Shown one piece after another: positions 10,945 through 20,280 of a stretch of 38,645 nucleotides of DNA (positions are counted from its first letter, which is position 1; each line of letters starts with the position of its first letter). The stretch is taken from NCBI GenBank assembly GCA_001655205.1, contig LPNZ01008651.1:1-38645 (forward strand), in the 5' to 3' direction. Under the pieces are notes generated by a model. The model saw only the letters and a program-made list of their open reading frames with translations. It ran no database searches and was not told the origin of the DNA. The position numbers and the translations under genes are program-made. The DNA comes from Lenisia limosa (Eukaryota > Protista > Breviatea).

Positions 10945-11490
10945 GAAACATCGAGGCCGTTTTCCTGAAAAACTCAAATTTTCCAAGAGTTCTGGGGGTT
11001 TCCCTTTGAAAGGGACAACGAAACCGAGCAGCGAGTTATGGTCTGAAAAGGGTGTTTAAACAAAAAAAAAAAACCAGACACTTCAATCAACACACAAAAT
11101 ATCAAAAGAGATCAATTTGTCTATCAAAAACTCTTAAATTTTCATCCATCTAGGTAACTATTGTTCAGGAATATTAATATATATACATTAGTTTCAATAT
11201 TGAGCAATTTTTTTCGACATCAGTCACTCTTCAAGGACAATAGTAAGCAATTAAATATTAAAGTACAAAATTAGTATTGAAAGTAGAGCAGCGAACGGAA
11301 ACGGAAACGGCATGTTGTGAGCGGAAGTCTCTTTGCTATTCCTCCCTCGAGTAGGTGCGAACCGTTTTAGGCCCTCGAACACAGCTCTCAAGAAAACTGA
11401 TCTTTTCTTACGCATCAACTTCTTCTTGGTTCACTCGAATCTCAATTTTCTCTCGATTGTAGACTCTAGGACCGTCGAGCACGGGGCACT
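10945..11490. repeat. Dispersed repeat, copy 1 (homologous to 35065-35430)
   Basis: Shared blocks: AGTCTCTTTGCT(A/G)TTC(C/T)TCCCTCG, AAGAAAACTGATCTT (11390-11404 = 35343-35357), CACTCGAAT(C/A)TCA(A/G)TTTTCTCTC, GAGCA(C/T)GGGGC, plus a weaker upstream GTTTTCCTG..GGGGTTTCC block. Confidence 0.75.
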
Positions 11491-12794
11491 ACTTTTTCGT
11501 TATTTTCCTTTGGGATTTTCACTTAAAAATATCTTGGAAGTCTAGAGTTACGGGATTCCTGTCAAGTCTAGAGTTTACGGGAATAATCTTTTTTTTTTTT
11601 CTTTTTTTTTTCTTTCTTTTTNNNNNNNNNNNNNNNNNNNNNNNNNNNNTTCTTTTTCTTTTTGTTTTAATGAAAAAAAGAAGACAAAAAAAGATATGAA
11701 AATTCCAGGGAACAATGACAAAAATGAAAATACTAAGGGCACATGATTGTAGTACAAGAATATTAAATAAATCAAGCAGATATCTTTTTTGCTAAACAAA
11801 AGCTGTAGTCATAGCGAAGTATCAGAGTAAGAAATAACTCAACTCTTTGTTTTTTCATCCAGTTTTAATTTAATACTAGACTCCTCAGGTTGAGTATCCA
11901 CTTGTTGTATGATGATATTACCGTATTTTTGAGTCGAAACAAATGTCAATGAAGTATTATTTGACCTCTTAGACACAAACCGCTGCATTATGGAACCATC
12001 GGGTTCAAAGTGATAATGATACTGATGAAACTAAATCCGATCTTCAAAAGTGCACTCAGTATTCTGAAGAGGTTTGCATTGTAAATTTTATCTAATCTTT
12101 CAGGCAATAAAAAAATGGACAACAGGCCAAATTAAGGCTTGGAGTAATCGCTTGGAATTGAAAAATAATTTTCTTTTTCACTTTAATGGTACGAGTTACA
12201 GTTGCGCTCCAATGTTTCTTCAGATGTTCTTGAGGTACCCACTTTAGGACCATTTTCTTCCGAAGAAACATCAAATTTCATTAGTAACGTTTGTTTGGTG
12301 TGAACTGTCACTGTAACATCAATTATACAATAGCTATTCAACAATCCCCATCTATCAGCATAACCATCTTTCAAACGATAATTTGACCTCCTACTAAGTA
12401 TAATATAATACTTCTCAACATATTAATATAAGATACAATATTGTATCTTTGGGCCTTTTCACATGTGTGAACTATCATTTTCCACGTGACTTGATACCTC
12501 ATATACACCCATGGGATTTCTTTTCGGCATCATTTCCCCTGGGACTTTTGTCATTTTTACCCAAAAATGATGTTTTCCCCTGGAAAGAAGATCATTTTTT
12601 AGTCACAGTATCACAATAAAAAAAAATTGCTGATCGCTAAAATTGAAGATCAGGGATTGGTGAGGAGGGAGTGAAACCGCATTTTGGCAGTATTTTGTAC
12701 ATGGTTACATTGAATTCTTAAAGCGGGCCAAAAGCATATATTTTACGCGCCATTTTTTTGTGGTCAAATGAACATTTCATCTCATTTGATTATA

Positions 12795-13238
12795 TTTGGG
12801 TAAAATCTACTCATTTAGCGCACTTCTCTTTGAAAAATTTGGGTACAATTCCAATTTGTAAAATCTTGGGTTAAATTCAAGTACACAACCTTTGTAAAAT
12901 TTAGGACTTTGTGCATTTAATTGACAAAATTTGAAATTGAAATGGAGTGCCCATTACAATAGGTTTCAATTCTAATTTTGCAATGAATAACTAATTGCAC
13001 TGGAGCCCAAGTTAAATTCCATGTGAGGTAAAATTCCTAAATAACTAATTTGTTATCTGGGTCAATTTCATCACAATTGGGTGAAATTACCGCTTGTATT
13101 GGGTCAAATTTAACCTAAAAAAAAACTTCCTTATAAGGTAAGTGTAACAGCAAATTGGGTAACATTCCACCCTCCTGGGTAAAAGTCAAATAGTTTGGTA
13201 AAATTTCAGCCAGTTGGGTAAAAGTTTTGGATAAAATT
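12795..13238 (+). repeat. Dispersed array of about 12 degenerate TTGGGTAAAATT motifs
   Basis: Copies near 12795, 12838, 12865, 13024, 13057, 13077, 13099, 13155, 13175, 13194, 13214 and 13227, with irregular spacing. Confidence 0.75.
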
Positions 13239-13303
13239 ACGGTCGAAATGTTGACCCATGTCCTCTTGTGATATTCATATCATTATCTATTTAATGATTG
13301 CAG

Positions 13304-13669
13304 ATTAAAACTTGGAGATCAAAGAGTTACCAAATTGGCACCAATTGGGGTTTGTTTAGCAAAGATATTCAAGGAAGAACTGGACATGAATGCTCTGTTT
13401 ATTTTAAGCAACTTTTGAAGCAAGGACTTGTTCAAGGTTTGAAATTTTTTGAGAGCTTAACATCTTAGATATCAAACCATCAAAAAAGAAGCAGCCACCT
13501 CTTTATTCAGTTTGGCAAGCCTCTTTTTATATTTTAGATTGAATTGAGTCTTAAGAAAAGATGGCAAGAAGAAGACTACATTAGTGCATCTCAAATTGTT
13601 GAAGATATTGTGCAGAAGGTTGGTACAATATTTTGGACCATAGTAACACCCTAGGTACATCTCTCCTAA
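13304..13669 (+). CDS. Small Myb/SANT-like domain protein (5' end unresolved)
   Basis: IKTWRSKSYQIGTNWGLFSKDIQGRTGHECSVYFKQLLKQGLVQ|DIKPSKKKQPPLYS|IELSLKKRWQEEDYISASQIVEDIVQK|VHLS*. WGLFS..I.GR.G..C...(Y/F)..L resembles the protist/fungal Myb variant WGLFS..IPGRVGYQCSNFYR (recalled). Confidence 0.55.
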
Positions 13670-13749
13670 AATTAGATTATTCTGTCCTAATTTGATTATT
13701 TATAAGATAAATAATACACTTGATTCAATGTACAGAGTAGAGTAGATGG

Positions 13750-15255
13750 TTAGAAGTTGGGGTTTGACCATGGCGAGGCATCACTAAATCGATACACCCC
13801 AGTACCGTGAATAACACCGTCTTTCCACTAAAAGGTCAAACCATTTAAGAATAATCATTCCAACTTACCACTCCCTCATATGAATCTCCTGAAGCGAAGT
13901 AAATAACTCCTTTTCCTTCTTTCCTTCCATGCCTCCATTCTCCTTCATAGTAACCGCCACCAAGAGTGTCTGGTGACGTAAACTTACCGAAACCGTGTCT
14001 CTGAAAATGTAAGACTTACATAAATAGTTTTTTAAAGACAGCAACAAACCTTATCCTCAAGCCAGTTTCCATCATAAATAGCTCCACTTGAATATGTAAG
14101 AACACCATAGCCAGTAGCTTGATCATTCACCCATTCTCCACGGAAGGTATCTCCATTCGCATACACCAGTTCTCCCTGAGGAGTTTAATGTAAAATAGGA
14201 CCAACTTCTCCGTGCTTCTTTGCTTGGATCCAGTTTCCAGTGTAACGATCGCCTGAAAGATATGTCAAGGTACCTCGTCCATGAGCTCGGTCATCCTTCC
14301 ACTCTCCTTCATAGCTTTCTCCATTGGCATAGGTTAACACACCTTGAAATAAGAACACCATAAACCCTTCCTACCATAACCACACTTCATATCATCTTGC
14401 CATTCACCCTCATAGCGGTTTGAATTAGGGAAAACATAGGTTCCACGACCATGCATCTGGGGAATCATAAGGGTTTTCACATATTACCTTTCCATCACGC
14501 CACTCTCCAGTGTACGATCCTCCATCTTGGTAAATGTAGACTCCAGCACCATGCATTCTTCCTTCAACCCAGTCTCCATCATATTTTTCAACAACCTAAT
14601 AGCTAATAATCTCAAGGGAATTATACCTGTCCATCAGGACCAGCATAGGTAACAATACCTCTTCCATGGCGTTTATCTTGATTCCATTCTCCCTAAAAGT
14701 GAATAATTGTGAAGACAACCCACTTCATAAATGTCCCCAGAAGCATATCTATAGGTACCACGACCATGCATCTTTCCATCTCTCCAATCACCCTTGAAAG
14801 AATCAAAAGAAGGCTTCCCTACCTCATACACATCTCCATCACTGTAGGTTAAAGAACCATATCCACTAATTTTTCCCTTATGAATAAGAACTGTTTTCAG
14901 AGGACAGAATACCCACCTCAACCCAGTCTCCTTCATAACGGTTTCCTGAAGCATAGACACTTATTCCTTTTCCATGAACTTTGTCATCAACCCATTCTCC
15001 AGTATAAGTCCCTCCATCAGCATATTTGTATGTTCCTTAACAAAATTAGGGAAAGCAAAAAATCGAACAAACCATATCCATGGCGTTTTCCATAATAAAA
15101 ATCACCCTATGTAAAGTTAGAAAACCACAAGAAGAGCCTTACCTCAAATTCTTCGTTATTTGGATACCTCAAACGGCCACGGCCATGCATTTGGCCATTT
15201 TCAATACTGCCTTCGTAGATCACTACAAATTAAGCCGTAATATACCAGATTTACT
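13750..15255 (-). CDS. MORN1: All-MORN-repeat protein, orthologue-like to Trypanosoma/Toxoplasma MORN1
   Basis: [27 protein letters not shown]|[11 protein letters not shown]...YAGPD...[16 protein letters not shown]...[20 protein letters not shown]...[25 protein letters not shown]. About 15 YxGxWxxGxxHGxG repeats; both termini match recalled TbMORN1/TgMORN1. Symbol refers to the protist family, not human MORN1. Confidence 0.9.
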
Positions 15256-15637
15256 CTTCACACAAAAGACAGTTAATCAGTGACAAGCTTTCTTCTCTTC
15301 TTTCTTTCTGAGCTACAACAAGCTACCAAAAACAAAGCCAAGAACGGGGTTAACAGTTTTTTAAAAAAAACCTGAAAAAAAATTGTGTTGAAGCTGTGCC
15401 GCGGTGCCGCAACTCTCACACCTCTCATCAGTTAGGGATTTTTCAGATCTTTCCGATCTTTCCCTGGTGACAAGAAGTAGCAAAAAAGCAAGAAGCAGAT
15501 TCATATTGGATTCATATTCAGTCACATCAGTCAGTGTTTTCAGTTTCAGTTCTTCAGCCAGTCTTCAGCCAGTCTTCAGCCGTTCAGCCAAAGCCAGGGG
15601 AGAAAGCAATCTGAGCAGTGGAGTTTCGCAAGTTAAT

Positions 15638-16632
15638 ATGGCAGTGTCTCTTGAAGCATGGTTTCAATCCATCCCTCCTGTTACTAAATACCTTTTCCTA
15701 GCAACTATTGGCATAACACTCTGTGCCAATTACAGTATAGGTCCATTGACTTTTGCCAATCTCTACTGGGATGTTCAGTTGCTTTGGGAGAAATTCCACG
15801 TAATTATATCCTTGTTGTTTGACTGTGTAGTTTTGGAGGCTGGTCAGTCCATTCTTTATTCATGGACTTGGAATGTCTTTCTTAATCGATCTTTTCTATC
15901 TGTATACGTAAGATCTATTTACATTTTGTATTATATGCCAGCTATTCAAAATCTCTTGAAGAAGAAAAGTATCAGGGATTAACAGCCAGCTATGTGTACC
16001 ATGTCCTTCTACTTTCACTTGGGTGCCTCTTTGCTGCCACATTCATGAAGTTACCTTACTTGGGTATGTTCTGCTTCTTTCATTTGTCTTCCATCTTGCG
16101 ATTGTGTCGTTATCTTCTGCACAACAAGTCATACTTTAGGACATATGTTTATTATGACAATCGTGTATGTTTGGTCAAGAACATGGCCTGAAGCAAATGC
16201 ATCCTTCTTCTTTGGGATTAAATTCAAGGTTGGAAGCGTTCATTAAAACTTACCTTCCAAGGCCAAGTTCCTTCCGTTTGTTCTTTTAGTTGCCAACGTT
16301 ATGCTTGGCCAGTCGCCTATCAATGATATTATCGCTATTCTTGTTGGACATTTTTTCTTTGTTTGCCATTCCATCATTCCTGACCTGTATGGAATTGATG
16401 TCACCAAGCCCCCAATTTGGATGTCAGTTTTATTCTTTTATTTACAGTTTAGTCAACGTATAATTCCCACAAACACACACGCAGGAGTTAACTTCGGAGA
16501 AGCAATAAATAGAGACACCATTCATAGGTAACTGGAAAAACGTGTTTACTTTCTAGGCGGCAAACAGCAACAACTTCTGTGGCTCAAACTCAAGGATACC
16601 GTTGGGGCTCAGGGCATGCTCTTGGCAGCTAA
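15638..16632 (+). CDS. DERL1: Derlin (ERAD rhomboid pseudoprotease), Derlin-1-like
   Basis: MAVSLEAWFQSIPPVTKYLFLAT...WRLVSPFF...TFIMTIVYVWSR..P...FFFGIKF|AKFLPFVLLVANVMLG...IAILVGHFFF...TQGYRWGSGHALGS*. Typical Derlin N-terminus, GH motif and C-terminal WGxGxxLG SHP box. Confidence 0.88.
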
Positions 16633-16784
16633 ACTTCAATTTTCTTATTGTTTTTTAGAGCATCATCACTACAAATACAGAATTTTCTGACAGTTTTGCT
16701 TTTCTCGTTGGGCATGCACTTCATTGAATAGCTGAAAAATAAGTCGCAGGATTTGAAACAAACTAGTGGTATGACGATAGTTGC

Positions 16785-19489
16785 TCAATCATGAATAATG
16801 TTGGCTCTTTTGATGACTACATTTAATTAGAGTTATGTTGTTCCCTTACTGTCTTGATTTTCTCAAAATGGACTTGCCAGCTGTCATAAATTACGTCATC
16901 CTCAACCCCATTGAACTTCTAAACAATAAAATTACTACGCAAAACCAACTTGATTTGGGTTAACATAATGTAAATAGGCTTGGAACATTGGTGGTTGATC
17001 CTTTCTTCGACTACCAAGTTGAGTGGTCCAAAACAAAACTTTGTAATACTACAAGTGACTGAAGATGAGAATCTTACTTCTTTCTCAATTGGGTACATTA
17101 ATTCCCCAAAATTAGTCAGTTTATCTTTAGAAAAATGAACGGCTTCGATATGCAATTCCGGTTGAAGTACACATACGGAGTGATACTTTGATGGTACTTT
17201 CTGAATTTGTAAGTACATTTTACAACAAAATAACACTACTTACATTCAAAATATGTTCATAAAACCGTTTTCTGAGGATAATAGCAATTTGCTAAATGGT
17301 AAAACATACAAACATACTCACCGATGCTGTAAAAGATTGATTCATTGATTTCGGGTATGTTGCAAAATCGAAAGGGTGATTTTCAAATGGAATAATTGAA
17401 GGTGTATGACCATTAAATGGGGTGGATATCTCTCTATCAAAAACCCCAAGCCCAGGAACATCCTTTGACTACACTCATTATTTGCACACCTCCTTACATG
17501 AGACCTTCCTTCAAAAATACCCGCATAATTACAAAGGCAGTGGGAAGCAGGAACACCAATATCAGAACACGATCGGTAAGGAACAGGAACTAGCAAACTT
17601 TTTGCAATCTAAAAAAAGTCATTGAAACCATTGCATTTACCTTAGTATGCCACCAGCTACTGCGACGTTCATCAATAAGTGTTAACGGGTACACAGATAA
17701 ATGTCTTTGTTATGAAAAAAGTAAACCTGAGTGTTTTGTCGAAGTCAACTGGTGAAGTTATTCCATTTGAATTATAACTGAGAGCTCGACTGAAACAAAT
17801 CAATATAGTAGTGTACCATACCCCAATCCTGGATAATGTTGAAGGATATCTTTGGAAAGAAGAAAAGTTGAATGGGGATTATTTTCATCAAAAAGTCCTA
17901 ATTGTTAGAATAAAAAGATTCCAACCCTGTTCGGATTGCAAATAGCGGCCAAAGCTAAGTCCATGATCGGCCTGGAAAAGAACAACAAGCGGGTAGCTTT
18001 TCTGCTTGGCATCCTCAAAGGCAGCTTGGATCACTGAAGCAACACGCTGAAAACATTAAAAAGAAAAAGAAACAGAAGTGAGATCTAACCCCATACCACA
18101 TCTTCACTTTCACAACATTTTTTTATCGTTGCAGCATGAGAACTTGTCATCTAAAGTTGTGATAAGTGGTAGATCTAAACCTGAAGATAAGTAAAAAGGG
18201 GGCCCTTTTCGCTGTTCTGTTTGATATATTCATGAGTGGAAAAGGCACGTTCTGAAGGTGACTCGCTTACAACCATCTGTTCATATGCCTACGCATTAAA
18301 TATTTTGGAAGACACTTACATTTTTAGGAAATTTATAACCAAATTTGGGATTATCAAGTTCATAAGTCAGATTATCTTCATACGTTGCCTGGAAAGTTCT
18401 CCATCCTTGTCCTCCAAAAGAGGCAGAAACAAGGGACATTTGTGAGGAGATGTAATCTTTAAATTTTTGCTGGAGAGTGAAAAGAAAAATAGAATTAAGA
18501 AAGCCTACAGTTCCTTCTACTCCTTCTGCAATATCAAAATCAATATCGAAAGGTCCAATGATGGAAACACTACCACCTTTTTTCTAAAAAGTGACCTTTT
18601 GATATCATCTAACTGTTTTTCTCCAACCAGCAACCATCCCAGTATTAAAACCCATACGGTTCGGATAAGTGGTACCTTGGTGAAATCTATGAGACTACAA
18701 GCAGTGAGAATTTGCATTACCTTATACCTTATGGAAGTTAAACGCTGTGAACAGTTCCGAATTTTGGGAGTGTAGTAACTTCCATATTGTAGGATAGATT
18801 CTCGGCATTAGTGCATTTCCAGCACACTCTGTGATCACTCGAAGAATATGAGGAGGATTGTCCAAAAAATATAATGAAAGGGCATCTAATCACATGAAAC
18901 CAGGGGACTAACCAAACCATTTCCTCGTGATTCGTTCACCTTTGAGATGATTGTATTCATTTGAGTAAGTCGAGAATGCAAAGCTGCTGCACAATCTTCG
19001 TAAATAGATTCATCATATTTGGGCTTCTATCACAATAAAATCCAAGCCACAACAGCGCACCTACAGTGTAGTTGACTTCAGCAACTCGTAATTTGAAACG
19101 AGTCCCAAAAGGAACAAAAGATTCAGTGCTTCTGTCAAGGTCTGGGGCTTTGATGACACAACTCTTTTCTTCACTGCTCACAGTTATGCAAAATTAGAAC
19201 TAACAAATGAGTTTCTTTCTTTGTTACTAAAGGAGGACCAATCTTCAAGCCACCAACAAAAGAAGGAGAATGATATTTTCTCAAGGTTAAGGGATGTGAA
19301 GGTTCAAGATTGAAGGGGTCTGTTGTCGACATCTAAACATTTAAAAGAAACCCATTCTACCTGATGTGAACTTGGATCACCCATTAAAAACAAAATCAGT
19401 GTTGACATCTGAAATAAATGATAAGTGAAAGGCAACACTACTATTGTAAGAGTCATCAATAGCAGAAAGAATAGCTTAATCGATACCAT
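16785..19489 (-). CDS. DUF229-like (alkaline phosphatase/sulfatase superfamily) secreted or membrane protein
   Basis: Exons YPLVVLFQADHGLSFGRYLQSEQ|GLFDENNPHSTFLLSKDILQHYPGL|RALSYNSNGITSPVDFDKTL and VPYRSCSDIGVPASHCLC fit the DUF229 core (DHG metal motif, N..RLTS..D..TL, C-terminal CxxxGIP.H.C.C). Hydrophobic N-terminus MVSIKLFFLLLMTLTIV. Boundaries approximate. Confidence 0.6.
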
Positions 19490-20055
19490 TTGAACTGCCA
19501 AGAAAATAATATACGAATTGTCTGCCACTGTTCCTAAAGGTCGTCAGATATTGTAGCCCTGCGTAATGAATTGAAAATGGGAGAAAGCTTGGAGATGATG
19601 TGCCCTCCCTCCTGTCCCAGCTTCACCAGTGGGTTTTGGATGGTAGTAGGGGTTTGTCGTGGCGTTCGTGGTTGTGGGTGCTAGTTGGGTTGGTGGGTTG
19701 GTGGCAAGTTTTTTTGGTGGTCGTCAGTCACTCAGTAACACACACAAGTACACACAAATACACACAAATACACAAAAGACTTGAAAAAGACTCCACACAT
19801 TCGACAAAGATGATTTTTGAAACAGGATCATAGAGATCCGGTTGAAACTAGGATCATAGAGATCCAACGGTTGACTACACAAAGAAAAATCCGCAGAAAA
19901 CGACAGAAACAGAAAGACTTCACGACAATTAGATAAAAAATCAGTTAGCTAGCTACTTTGCACAGTTTGCACAATATTTTTAAAACAAAGTTTCTGCGCC
20001 GCCGTAAAAATAAGATTAACATCGGATAGAACTTTTGTTTTTCTAAAATTCGACC

Positions 20056-20127
20056 GGCTGCGTAGTGTAATGGTCATCACCCTGGGTTCTGATTCCAGTA
20101 ACGCGAGTTCGATTCTCGCCGTGGCCT
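20056..20127 (+). tRNA. trnQ-CUG: tRNA-Gln (anticodon CUG)
   Basis: GGCTGCG/CGTGGCC acceptor stem, D arm, CTGGG-TTCTGAT-TCCAG anticodon arm, GCGAG-TTCGATT-CTCGC T arm, U discriminator, then an oligo-T Pol III terminator. Confidence 0.95.
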
Positions 20128-20280
20128 TTTTTTTGTTGCTGCAACCCTTGGCGCCTCTATGTTCAAAGATAAATTTTTTATTTGGGCTTTCTCCTTCGGT
20201 CTCTCTGTCTCTCCTCTTCTCCTCTGTCTTCGCTGTTGTTGTTTTTAAAACAACTGGTGACGTTGAACTTTAACTTTAAC

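Noticed and set aside
11250-11500. Apparent minus-strand exons ending in a GPI-anchor-like signal
   Set aside because: The same sequence is a dispersed repeat also found in the eEFSec intron, so the reading is probably fortuitous.
11830-12380. Minus-strand open stretches (FHQYHYHFEPDG..., WVPQEHLKKHWS...)
   Set aside because: Stops and frame breaks with no convincing splice chain or recognisable family; could be a decayed gene or TE but cannot be supported.
15404-15637. GTG-initiated N-terminal extension of Derlin
   Set aside because: Ser-rich repeat-derived 5' UTR; the ATG at 15638 matches the family start.
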